A stretch of DNA of 64,000 bases from Tubulanus polymorphus (GCF_964204645.1 NC_134036.1:3286001-3350000); one strand, 5' to 3'. Counted from the first letter of the stretch, positions 1-10,544 are shown. Made by a program: numbers and translations. The notes: generated by a model from the letters alone, not told the origin.

Positions 1-497
1 TAAGGACAAGACATAGAATTAGAAAGCCCTGAAAAACCTGCATTATGAAGTTAAGATTGACAGAGGATTTTAATGTTTGGGATTTTATTGAGCTGAAACG
101 TCAAAATCTTCCATTGGTACTGTCGAGATTTTTTTCTTCAATTGAATTAGATAGTTACTTATCCTCGGAAAACTAACTTCTCTTAACCATTTACATTTTA
201 GAGGCTTTCTAGAATAATCTGATTTTGTGAATGGAAAGATGACTAGTTGAACAGACGGATGACTTTTAGTTGAAAGTGTCATTCGAACTGTACCATGCGC
301 TGATCTATTTCTCATTCGAATACAGAATGTTTATAGAATTATTAGTTTTTTTTAGTTCTTTCTTCACAACAAAATGTATCCTTCCGTTATCATCTAGATT
401 CAGAATACAGGACGCTTTTGAAAAAAGATCTTTATATGATAGCCATACTTCCTCGAATTGCTTTAATATTTGCTTCGAATTCTCCGTAAAATTTCAG

Positions 498-680
498 ACG
501 GTAAAATTGACTTCGCCACATTCCTCGAACTGCTGTACGAACACTCGAAAATTGAGAGCGCCGAGAAAGAGATCGTAGCCGCGTTCGAAGCGACGGACAC
601 CGCCAAACGCGGATACGTGACGTCATCCGAGTTCAGACATATACTCACCAGTTTCGGAGAAAAACTGACCAAAAAAGAAG
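498..680 (+). CDS. CALML4: Calmodulin-like protein 4, internal coding exon (EF-hand region); upstream exons not found in the window
   Basis: Acceptor atttcAG (496-497), donor GAAG|GTacat (681). Translation DGKIDFATFLELLYEHSKIESAEKEIVAAFEATDTAKRGYVTSSEFRHILTSFGEKLTKKE follows the calmodulin fold and, from memory, CALML4 (GELDFSTFL...KGYVMASDLRSKLTSLGEKLTHKE). ORF 470..925 is this exon read through into the intron. Confidence 0.88.
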
Positions 681-800
681 GTACATTTTTTCGAAGCAAA
701 TTAAAACGAGTTGTAGATGAGTGTGTTGGGATCAATTGTTTAGGAGTTGGTAAAAAATACCAGATGGATAAACACCGCATTAACAATGAACTTTTCACTA

Positions 801-966
801 CAGTCAACCCCAGACATACCGCCCTCCCATATACCGCCACCTCCGCTTACCACCAGGTTTTCTCAATGTACATCTTTATACAAATCCAGTCAAACACCCC
901 CCTCCCATATACCGCCATACTCTAAACCGCCAAAATGGTTGTGGGCGGTATATCGGGGGTTTACTG
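801..966. mobile_element. Tc1/mariner (pogo/Tigger-like) MITE in the CALML4 intron
   Basis: 23-bp terminal inverted repeats CAGTCAACCCCAGACATACCGCC / GGCGGTATATCGGGGGTTTACTG (3 mismatches), TA on both sides (799-800, 967-968), internal direct repeat CCCTCCCATATACCGCCA. Confidence 0.8.
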
Positions 967-1299
967 TATGTCAACTATCCAATGGTGAACCCACTTTAAA
1001 CCATAGCAATAAAGTTTTCATTGTCTCTATGCGTCAACTATCTACTAGCCAACTCTTACCAACTGCAGCCCCTGTTGTCGAAGACTAGTAGAAACTGTGT
1101 AGGTTTAAACTAGATTTTATTAGAAATCAAGCTACTAGTAGTGAAGGGTAGTAAAAAAATTACGACTGCAGAGTTAAAAGCTTGGGGTTTTATGCTGAAT
1201 GGTGGGGCATTTTTACGAATAAGATGAGGAATTTGAGAAGTTTGGTAAATGAAATGCCGGCCTCAAAATAATGTTGTTCACATTTTTTTTTTGTTGCAG

Positions 1300-1397
1300 T
1301 CGACTCGATGCTGAAAGAAGCCGGAGTGCCACCTGGCGGCAAAGTGAAGTACATAGATCTGATAAAGACAATGATGACCCCGGTGCCGGATTATTAA
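1300..1397 (+). CDS. CALML4: Calmodulin-like protein 4, last coding exon
   Basis: Polypyrimidine tract plus tgcAG (1298-1299). The phase-1 join G|TC gives VDSMLKEAGVPPGGKVKYIDLIKTMMTPVPDY* (TAA 1395-1397), resembling the CALML4 C-terminus (VDDLFREADIEPNGKVKYDEFIHKITLPGRDY). Confidence 0.88.
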
Positions 1398-2129
1398 ACT
1401 CAACGAATGAATCGTCGGCTGAGACGAACTGCTGTTATTTAAATGGTCGAAAAATATTTAAAGATTGTTTATTTTGCAGTATTTGATACAGTTCTGCTTT
1501 AAACAACAAACTACTACACTAATATACTGATCGTTGTAAAAATGCTGAAAATATTTACTATAAAACCCTCCAGAAAAAAATTGCTGTCTCGCCGAAAACA
1601 AAAGGGATATGATCCAGCGAAGTTTGATTGAAGATTCTATTTACTATCATGTCAAGCTAAAGTAATTTAATGCGATTCAGCCTTTAATGAATGGATGATC
1701 GATATTTTATTGTGAATCGAATCAGGATTAAGTAAGACTTACCGAAAAGACGATTATACGTTTGTTGTTCGTTCGAAAGTCTGAAATTTCGTTGAGTCAT
1801 TTTTAAGCGCGCGCTGAAATGAACCATATGCAAACCATACGTGAAAGTACCGTCCTAAATTATCATCATTGTCCATACAAATTTTCCAAATACGCTGTTG
1901 AAGGTTCGAAATCTTCAATAGCTAATCATATTAAATATTCTATTTTGAAATATATATTTCTCACTTGAAATGATCTTTAAACTTTGAAATGTATTTCTCG
2001 GTATTTTTGCCGAGGGTATTTATTTCTAGCTGTGTGAATACATATCGCTTTGTTTTATCGACACTATTGCTACACGTGTTTATTGTGACACATTTTTATA
2101 TACAACAAAAGCATATATATTCTATCGGA

Positions 2130-2135
2130 AATAAA
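2130..2135 (+). terminator. Candidate polyadenylation signal of CALML4
   Basis: AATAAA ~730 nt after the stop codon, followed by GT/T-rich sequence (tgtgtttcacattcttttgt). Confidence 0.5.
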
Positions 2136-2475
2136 ATTCTGTCTCTTGGAAATAGATCAATGTGTTTCACATTCTTTTGTGGGTTCATAATTATTGAGGT
2201 CGGTCCTATTCTTGTTTTCATCACTTAGAGGAGAGAGATTATGGTCAAGAGAGTATGGTGAAGAGAGTATGGTCATCTCAATGCAAAAGGTCCATATAGT
2301 TGAATACCACAGGGGCTCGTATAGGAGTTGTTAATCTATTAATCCTAAATGTATTTATTAAATAACTTATTTTAGACGCAGGGATTAACAGATTATCACT
2401 TTTTCAGTATTTTAACTATTAATCGACAAGCCGCATTAAGTACTAACTAGGCTATGAATTTTCTCAGAAAATCGC

Positions 2476-2481
2476 AAAAAA
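2476..2481 (-). terminator. Pol III terminator of the RNase P RNA gene
   Basis: TTTTTT on the minus strand a few nt after the 3' strand of P1. Confidence 0.8.
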
Positions 2482-2484
2482 TTA

Positions 2485-2770
2485 TCTTGGCGAGAGAGTA
2501 GTCTGAATTGGGTTATGGTCCAAATACTGGCCATCTTGCGAATTGCACTCCAATGGCTAACCACAGGCCGCTTTCAATCTATCGGCTACCTCAGACGCAT
2601 CAACGCCGCCGCAGCAGCGCATCTCATGCTCGGTGAGCCGCAGAGTTGTTTCTAGTGACCTGCCCGCGTGTTACAGCAGCCCCCGTCTAGAGGGTCGAGT
2701 GGCTTCAGTCTCAGACCTTCCCAAGGGAACGATTCTCCTTCGCTCCCCTAAAGCAAGCTTCACACCAAGG
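2485..2770 (-). ncRNA. RPPH1: Nuclear RNase P RNA (H1/RPR)
   Basis: Minus strand has TCCCTTGGGAAGGTCTGAGACT (CR-I, around 2710-2721) and CATAACCCAATTCAGACTACTCTC (CR-V, around 2494-2517). Both match human H1 RNA as recalled and pair to form P4. The ends CTTGGTGTGA / TCTCGCCAAG form P1. Followed by T6. Exact ends uncertain by a few nt. Confidence 0.95.
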
Positions 2771-2796
2771 CACACTTAGGCTAAATATCGAAAGCC

Positions 2797-2807
2797 TTAT
2801 AAATATA
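2797..2807 (-). promoter_or_regulatory. TATA box of a type-3 Pol III promoter (RNase P RNA)
   Basis: TATATTTATAA on the minus strand about 27-37 nt upstream of the P1 5' strand. A PSE could not be identified with confidence. Confidence 0.6.
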
Positions 2808-3012
2808 CCCATACATTTATAGCCCTAAGTCGATTGGTGGTTTTAAAAATTTTTATTTATTGGATCCGAAGGTTGGTCATTCTTTGATCGTTAGTTTTGG
2901 CAAGAACTCGGAAATTGTTATTAAAATCATTAGCCGCACGGATAAAGGAACAACAGGTACCAACTGAATGAGTTCGGAAATAACTGCTGTAATGAGCCTA
3001 GTATCAGCTGAT

Positions 3013-3030
3013 GCTCACAGATGGCAGCAC
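3013..3030 (+). promoter_or_regulatory. CTCF-like motif
   Basis: GCTCACAGATGGCAGCAC resembles the CTCF core (CAGATGGCAGC) and lies ~240 bp upstream of a Pol III gene. Motif match only. Confidence 0.3.
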
Positions 3031-3421
3031 ATGTCAGTTGAAGTGAATGGGTCGAAATTTATAAGAACCAGTCCACAAACAGACTCTTTTTACATGAAAT
3101 ATACAGTCAACCACATGTATTAATGCTGGAAAAATATTTTGAGTCAAATAGGAAAAATTATCTACAATAATTTAATGCTAATTGTAATAATAACAATTAA
3201 CATAAAATATATCATATTTTCATTAGCATTAAAAAATCTGTCTTCCTCATTAAACTCATCTAATATCACCAACTTGTGGTGGAAAACCTACCTTGTGGCT
3301 GGAAATCCTTCTGGTGTTATCTTTGAGGCGTTTCGCCTCGTTCGAGATAATTATGGTACTGTCCGCATTTGTCTTGACTACATTCCTTCAAGAGAACGAT
3401 TAAAAACTTTCTTTGGTTGAG

Positions 3422-3474
3422 CAGGGGGAGGGGGGTCACGACCCCTGCTGAACCCCCCTCTGGATCCACACCTG
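3422..3474 (-). mobile_element. Probable end fragment of a non-autonomous DNA transposon
   Basis: Minus strand CAGGTGTGGATCCAGAGGGGGGTTCAGCAGGGGTCGTGACCCCC resembles the CAGGGGCGGATCCAG-type termini of common invertebrate MITEs. No partner TIR or TSD found. Confidence 0.35.
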
Positions 3475-4174
3475 GAAGTTTTAGTAAGTAACCCGACTGA
3501 CTGCGGTTTTGTCTGAACTCGATCGGTCTCTCGTGATTCGAGATTCTCTGGATCAGCAGCAATTAAAATCGGTGATATCATCTTATATTTGTTTGCCAAA
3601 CAATATGCCGTAGGCCAGAGACATACTTCGGCGGTTTAACCTTAACATTTTCTCCCTCCTGGAAAAAATCGTTAGTCCGACTCCAGGTTTCGGGCTACCG
3701 CCTGGCCATCAAGTCAGTGTCAACAAATTTGGGTCAAGATTTTTCTAAAATTTTGATGTTTTTAATGGAAATTGAAAATTCCAGTCTCGAATGATAATCT
3801 CTTATTCTTCGTACCGGCGGGAACCTTCATAAGATCAAGTGCCCTTTTTGTTAACCCCTACAAGGCTCCTTTACACACGGGTCCGACGCAATATTTAACC
3901 CCAATCGCCATCTACTAATACTTAGTACAGTAGGTATGATGAAAAAAAGTTTTACTATTTAAAAGCATTGAACTGAGTGCTTCGCGCATTAAAATACGGA
4001 CAGAGACAATATTCTGAATTATGAACGCGTTTTAGTGAACCCTCAATTGCCGCAGTAGGTCTCCGGATAAAAAATGAGCCTAGAAAACTTTACTGTAAAC
4101 GTTAAAACCAATTTGAATACTCTTAAAATTATGTTTATCGGTTTTCTGATTTTTTTTGCGGATTAATTAATTAC

Positions 4175-4450
4175 AGCGGGCGGGTTTTTTATTTGATTTG
4201 CAATCAGCTGACCACGCGGTGTCAATCATATCGGGCTGTTTAAAATAACAATGGCTGCTGATTGAATAGCACCTGTTCTGGATTGGACAGCGGATATCGG
4301 CATCGTAAACGGTCTGGTCAGCTTATTGGACACATAAAATGTGCCCCTATAGACTGGTCAGCTCATTGGCACCGGATACTTCATGGATCGGTGATTGAAG
4401 GTTTCCTCGCGACCGGCGCCGCAAATCACTGACAAATTCTTTCGCGGCTT
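4175..4450 (+). promoter_or_regulatory. CpG-rich Pol II promoter-like region
   Basis: GC box GGGCGG (4178-4183) and three inverted CCAAT boxes (ATTGG at 4282, 4325, 4365; 40-43 bp spacing) upstream of a consensus splice donor AAG|GTAAGT at 4639. Confidence 0.5.
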
Positions 4451-4503
4451 CCAACCCAACCGGGAAAGGAGTGAAGTGAAGAGGGTGGAGGAAGACCGAG
4501 ACA

Positions 4504-4609
4504 GAGCCGAGCCGAGCCGAGCCGAGCCGAGCCGAGCCGAGCCGAGCCGAGCCGAGCCGAGCAGAGACGAGAAGATTGGAGTCCCGAATGAGTGGAGTGG
4601 AGTGGAGTG
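4504..4609 (+). repeat. (GAGCC)11.8 and (GAGTG)4 pentanucleotide microsatellites
   Basis: Perfect GAGCC units 4504-4562 and GAGTG units 4590-4609. These explain the repetitive ORFs at 4358-4634. Confidence 0.97.
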
Positions 4610-4694
4610 TGTGGCACGTGGCACGACACGATAAAAAGGTAAGTTTTTACTTACTAACTATTCTCATCTCTAAAATTATTCAGGCCTAATAACC

Positions 4695-4971
4695 CCGGCC
4701 CGTGCCAAGCTTTTCTGAGCCGGGGCCTTTTTTTTCACCGTAAAAAGGGGCATTTTCTTATTGAAAAAAGGGATACCTGTATGAATCATTTGACAATTCC
4801 TTTCATTCCCCCCCCCAAAAAAAATGAAAACTGTTAGAAAACTGTAGGCCCTATTCAAATTTTAAAAAATCTGGACCCAAATTTTTTTAAACCAACCTTT
4901 TGAAGGGCTCTTTGAAAATTTTAGGGGGTTCATTCACTAGCCTGAAGCCCTTCCCCCTTGGCTCGGGCCTG
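4695..4971. mobile_element. Degenerate MITE (possibly hAT-type)
   Basis: 15-bp imperfect inverted ends CCGGCCCGTGCCAAG / CTTGGCTCGGGCCTG (2 mismatches) around homopolymer-rich internal sequence. No clean TSD. Confidence 0.5.
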
Positions 4972-6446
4972 TTAATCCCATCCCTATTATTTCAAATTTA
5001 TAGGCCTAAATAATGGAGTCACGCTTAATTACCATAGCTATCAAAAAGCTGGCTGAAACATTGGATTAAAAAGGCCCGCTTATAAATGGAAAAATTTTAG
5101 ATACCGGGTACATCGCATATGACTTGACGCTATACTCACCGCACCCCCCAGTGGGATTTAATGAAATGTTTGATTCAGACTTCGAATTCAATAAGCGATT
5201 CGGGGTAGAACGAAATGTTGGATTCAGACGCACGGTTTTCTCTTTGTGATTTGATTCATCGCCATGACGATCACATAATTGCAACAATGTCATCTCGAAG
5301 GTACGTTTGACACAACTTTTTTCTTCGATTTCGAAATTTTTGAAATTTGATGAAAATATTTTTTTATCTTACAAATAGGTCAGTGTTCCATTTTTGATAT
5401 GATTGAACACCTTACTTAAAACTGGGCCTAAATTCGTTGCCAGTTTAAACCATTCTTTAACTGGCAAGTTAATTTCGCTGTCTAGTTATTTCTATTAAAT
5501 TGGCCTTCTCTTATTTTTTTATTCTTTTCAGTAATTATCGCATTCTTCTGTTGGAAGGATTCGAACCTGTTGGCATTGAGACTCGCCACATTACTGGTAA
5601 AACGCCATCTGGTGGATAGATGGTGCATGGGCGACGCTGTCTGGACGGCTGGTGTTGAAATACTGCATAATTCATCAATTCCTTTATTTGACAAAATAAA
5701 ATATTCATTTTCACTGAAATCATTCTCGTCGTTTCTTCGATTTTAAACAAAATAAAAATATGTATTTTTCGTAAATTCTTGAGGTTTTTTCTGAAAAAGG
5801 ATTTTCGTTCTCTCTCTCTCTAGTTTCAATTATGAAATAAATATATATTTATTGTAAAATGTTGTTGTTTTCTTCCCCCTGAAAACCCCCGTGTGTTTCC
5901 AAAACCCGAGTGATAAAAAAAGGTTTCAATTATTTATTGAGAAAATAAGAAAATGCGCGCGTCATTTTGAGATCACAAAGAGAAAGTTTCGACATAAATG
6001 GGCATTATCATTATTTACTATATTAGATGCCTTATTCAGTAAAATACGTAATGATGATAGTTACTGGGTGGTAAAATTTAGTAGAATAACAGTATAGACA
6101 TTTTAATCAAATTTTCTTAAGTTAAATTTGAAATCGAGACACCAATCGAGACATTTAGATGTCTATTTTACTCGATATTTTTTTTCCCTTTCGACGCGGA
6201 ATTTTTGGCATCCAGGGTACTCCGAAAATTGTAGTCTATTGTTAGATATTCCAAAGTTATATTTTCGTCTGAATTCTATTGAACTTTGCCACAAAATTGT
6301 TAAAATCCTAAAATAATGGGATGTTTTACTTTGCTGACATTGGTCATGTTCATTAGAATTTGATCGATTCATTGATTTGATGATTATCAGAGAACAAATA
6401 TAAATTCATAATTAGTTATATATACATAATACATGACAATCATCAG

Positions 6447-6584
6447 GGGCCAGTTGCATAGTCATGGCTTAGACTTAAGACCAGTCTAAGACCAACTTAG
6501 TTCTATAACTAATCTAACAATTTAAGACCAGTCTTAAGATTTAAGACGACTTTTGGACTTAAGTCACGACTATGCAACTGGCCC
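6447..6584. mobile_element. PIF/Harbinger-type MITE, copy 1
   Basis: Perfect 17-bp TIR GGGCCAGTTGCATAGTC and 3-bp CAG duplication on both sides (6444-6446, 6585-6587). CWG target duplications are known for animal Harbingers. Confidence 0.85.
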
Positions 6585-6742
6585 CAGGACCTCAGAAATC
6601 AGCTTGTTTTTATGGTGACTGAATTACGGAACTCGAGGGATTTTTTATTCCGGGTTAACAGTGGGTTAATTTGTTAAGAGTAGAATATCCAGCGATTAAG
6701 GTGGAAAACTCTATAAAACGATTAATTTGACAAGTCTACCAG

Positions 6743-6879
6743 AGGCCAGTTGCATAGTCATGGCTTAGACTTAAGACCAGTCTCTAAGACCAACTTATAG
6801 TTCTTAAGCCTACCTAACAATTAAAGTCCCAAGATTTTAGACAACTTTTGGACTTAAGTCGCGACTGTGCAACTGGGCC
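6743..6879. mobile_element. PIF/Harbinger-type MITE, copy 2 of the same family
   Basis: Same internal sequence, slightly decayed TIRs (AGGCCAGTTGCATAGTC / GACTGTGCAACTGGGCC), CAG at 6740-6742 and 6880-6882. Flanks differ from copy 1. Confidence 0.8.
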
Positions 6880-9275
6880 CAGGCTCTTAAGTAGCTTGAT
6901 ATTCAAACGATATTCTCCATTAGATATCCAATCATCCCATATTGAAAGATTTTTTGATACGTGTGTACATTCCAAAGCATAGGTTAGCAAATTTTAAAGG
7001 ATATATTTAACCAATTTTTTGGTAACTGTTTCGTTAAAGAGTTACTTCACAAACTGTCAGTGGTGCAGAAAACGCATCATTTGAATTTGTGTCTTACTTT
7101 CTTACTTACTTTCTTCGCACAATTCAATTGTGTCGCTTTGAAAATTCAATTGTCGACCAATAGAAGTAGGGCAGACATCCCATTCAATATATTCTATAGG
7201 TGCATGTATGTCACCAGAGGTATTGTTATATAGCAATTGTGAAGCCTCTCCCAAGGACTATTCATTGTCATTCTTTGAATCTTTGATTTTCAGAGAATCT
7301 TTGATCCATATTTTTCAAAACCCGTATAAGGACTTCGAGCCTAATATACTTGCAGTGCTGGCCATTGTGATTGTAAAGACACTGGATATATGGACACTGG
7401 ATTCTTTAGTTTCAACTCTACCCTCAGCAGTTGACCATGCTGACTTTCCAGTGTCTGTTATGCCGCCTGTTTCTGGCCCAGGTTTAACTTGTATCTGGTT
7501 TTAAGGATTACTGAAAACCTTTAAAAAATAAAAACCTTGTCGGTTAATACTTTGTTGTTGAACCTGTCACAGCTCCATGTCTAACCCATATTCCTTCGAA
7601 CTGCTCCCACGCTGCCCTCTGCCTCGCTTCGGTGCGTCCTGTCGATTGCGCACCCTCTACGGGGCCGAATACAGATCTACTTCATTCTTACTACTCGCGC
7701 TCTCGACTATCTCGCGGATAACCCGCCCCTCCTCACCGCGCAAACGCAACACACGGACCCGCTTCCTCTTTTGGAACGACGTTATTCTCATCTGCAAGAA
7801 AAAAAAACAACGTTGTCAGATAATGAGTAAAAAAGATTAGAAATAACATTACCAAATTATATATGAACTGGTTTAAAGCAGTTATCACTTTAAAGGGGTG
7901 GTTCATTTTCAAGTTCTTTCAATTTAGTGACTGTCCTATCTAAGGAACTTGCTTTTTTGATCCGATTTCACAAGAATTAATTCAGCCGTGAAACACTAGA
8001 TATCAGACAATCCATTCAACAAAAAATGATTGTCCATGATTTTAGTGAATGTTTTGAGGGCTCCTGATTACAGAATAACTTTTTACACCCTCTCAAGCAA
8101 CAATTTACAAATTATTAAAAGGTCGAGTGGTCACTTCAAGTGTTTTGGCGAGTATAAACTAATATTTTTCACAGCCTTTGCCTTTGAAGATATTCGGTAG
8201 ATTTTAACGCTTACCTAGCGCATATCCCCCGGGAAGGTTCTCCCTTGCAGACGGACGAAGAACCTTGAAGCCGCCGGGTGCGGCTGCCTTGGTTTACGCG
8301 GCTGTGCTGCTCCTGGTGCTGCTCCAGGTGGTACTCCAGGTGGTCCTGGTGGTTGGGCCGAGGAGGCCGCCGAAAGAGCTTAACGAGACAGACCACCTCG
8401 GCTGACGGACCACCCTCACAATTATCCAAAAATGGAGATACTGTAAAATAAAGAAAAATAACATCTAAAAATAACATGAAATTTTTTCCCAAAATCTTTC
8501 ATTAGATATATTGTCCCTTCTATTTGACTGTTGAATTTGATAGGGTGTCCCTTTCTTTACCCACCTGTAGCAAAACAGGGATTTGATTTTGAAATCATGA
8601 AGTACAGATATAATCTGATAAATATTCTAGTTTTTAACAGTAGTGGAAAAAACGTTTCAAGATCAGTGGTCAACTAATCCTTCAAAAACCTCATTGTGGA
8701 ATCAATTGTAGAATTTAGAATTAATCTCTTCATTTTAGTGACTGCCTTATGTTAGGAACTTGCGTTTTGATCCGATTTAAAAACATTGATAAGTTAAATA
8801 GATAATTGATAAAATACTTGTGATTGTTGTAAACAATATTGATAAAACCTCTCTGGGTGAGGTTTTGTATCTAATACTTGGAATAAAGAATTTCATCAGT
8901 CCGTATAAGAGTTAGATATATTTGTGTTCTGCTCTGCACCATCTCTCCTCCCGCTCCCTCGGTGTCTCCATTCATGATTTAATTCTACTATGCGTCGTCT
9001 ACCGCGTGGTCCTCATCGCTTAATACTTTGATGTTAAACCTGTGTCTGGCCCAAGTCTAACCTGTATCTGGTTTGTAAGGATGTCCGTAAATCTTGGAAA
9101 GTATAAAAACCTTGTTGGTTATTACTATGATTCAAATCTAAGAAGTTTAATGTCTTGGCTCCGGGATTAACTTATATGAAACTGACCCCTACAGGTGATT
9201 ATCACTGATAATAATCGGTCGTAGAAGAATTGAATATAAACCAGAAGAAAATTATAAATATTGATAAATACTTAC

Positions 9276-9438
9276 GGAATTCAAACAAGAATTCCCGCAT
9301 AAACTCGATCGAAGTAGAGCCCTCTCTTATTGTATTCCTTAATACAATCGGGGAACAACTTCGAGTGCCCTGCGCCGTCGACTGGTAGCCCAGTGGGACT
9401 TCTCTCTTGTAATTGTACTGTCATCATCGCTCGAAGCG
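9276..9438 (-). pseudogene. Fused exon 2+3 variant lacking the intervening intron
   Basis: Same acceptor as exon 2 and same donor as exon 3, but GCGATGATGA joins directly to CAGTACAATTACAAG. This module produces the repeated MFYLHQLF... ORF. Confidence 0.6.
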
Positions 9439-9807
9439 CTGAAAATATAGAAATCAATTGAAATTCATTATTAGTAATCAATATAAACAACTGGTGTAAA
9501 TAAAACACTTGAAAATCAGATCAATTCAGGTAAAATTTACGGACGCCAAACGTGGCGATCTGCGCGTCGGTGGCGCCACATTCTTTGTTTTTTTAGCTTT
9601 TGGCATCTAAAAAGAAAAAAAAAGAAAAACTCCAGCCTCTTTACCATACTCGAATATGCTCCAGGTAAAACATCTATCTGGTTTAAAGGATTACCTTACA
9701 TCTACCTTGTGGAATCAATTGTAAGGAAAATCCAGACTACCCACATCCTCCTTCGCGTCATTTGAGATTGTTGTAAACAATATTGATAAAACCTCAATAT
9801 TCAATGT

Positions 9808-10544
9808 TTTATTGTATTTGAATGTATTTATAAAAGCTGATTGGTTACTGTGGCTACAGTCTTATCAAAGTTGAATAGACAAATAAAATACAATATGATA
9901 CATTTTTATGATACTCTCTGCATTGATCGAAATGATGGAAAAAGATTCAATACAAGAATTCAAATCTTAACTTGATCTATCATTAAGCCTTGAAAACCTA
10001 AAGTTCTATTCGAATCCACCAACAGATGGGAGGACACTCGGCCATTGTTGACCATTGCCACGGCGTCAAACTCTGAACCAGCACCTGCGGTTGGGTGCGC
10101 CAACTTTGCATTGAGAGTGCTGGTACTGACTCGAGGTGATTGCGGAGGAAATGGTACATCTGGCCTCACGGGGTAGGAGGATCAAAAATATCCTCCATCG
10201 GTGGTAACTCAGGAGAGTCCGGACAACCCTCATCCTCGGGAATCTCGCCCTCCTGCCGCTGCCGCTCCAACTCCTCTCCTCCATCTCGCCTCCATCTGTC
10301 GAGCTCCGCAAGCTCTTGCCGCCGAATTTCAGCCTCCACTCTCGCACACTCTATCTCCTGCTCCAGTATCCTCTTCGGTGCGTCCTGTTCATGGCGCGCC
10401 CTCTGCGGGGTCGAATACAGATCCACTTCGTTCTCGCTACTCGCTACTCGCGCTCTACAGCATCTCGCGGATTACCCGCCCTTCCTCACCATGCAAACGC
10501 AATACATGGACCCGCTTCCTCTTCTGAAAGGAAGTAATCCTCAT
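9808..10544 (-). pseudogene. Array gene, terminal exon 5 with 3' region (representative copy; others start at 7791, 12823, ~16513, ~18738, ~61065)
   Basis: Acceptor ttttttcttgcAG, then MRITSFQKRKRVHVLRLHGEEGRVIREML* (IVE instead of ML* in the 7791 and 61065 copies), then ...VDLYSTPQRARHEQDAPKRILEQEIECARVEAEIRRQELAELDRWRR...PPMEDIFDPPTP* (stop 10166-10168). Minus-strand AATAAA at 9808-9813. Confidence 0.65.

Larger units (their letters stand above)
4450..5720 (+). ncRNA. Putative three-exon polyadenylated transcript (lncRNA or small-ORF gene): exons ~4450-4638, 5101-5300, 5532-~5720
   Basis: Donors AAG|GTAAGT (4639) and AAG|GTACGT (5301); acceptors attttAG (5100, weak tract) and ttattcttttcAG (5531, strong tract); AATAAA at 5695 and 5751. 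Exonic blocks are more GC-rich than the flanks. The 5' end is a guess. Confidence 0.45.

Noticed and set aside
470-925. 151-aa ORF as a complete single-exon calmodulin-like gene
   Set aside because: Similarity stops at the donor at 681. The rest is intron plus a MITE, and the true C-terminus is in exon 1300-1397.
3934-3976. C/D box snoRNA (ATGATGA ... CTGA)
   Set aside because: Boxes are only ~40 nt apart with no terminal stem or evident guide sequence.
4358-4634. ORFs with SARLG/AEPSR repeats as proteins
   Set aside because: They are translations of the (GAGCC)n microsatellite.
7208-7504. 98-aa ORF at the array boundary
   Set aside because: No recognisable domain or splice context, and its 3' end runs into the 97-bp sub-repeat.
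8870-8905. Hammerhead ribozyme core (CTGATGA on the minus strand, 8893-8899), as found in some invertebrate tandem repeats
   Set aside because: No stem II followed by GAAA, and the segment was seen in only two monomers.
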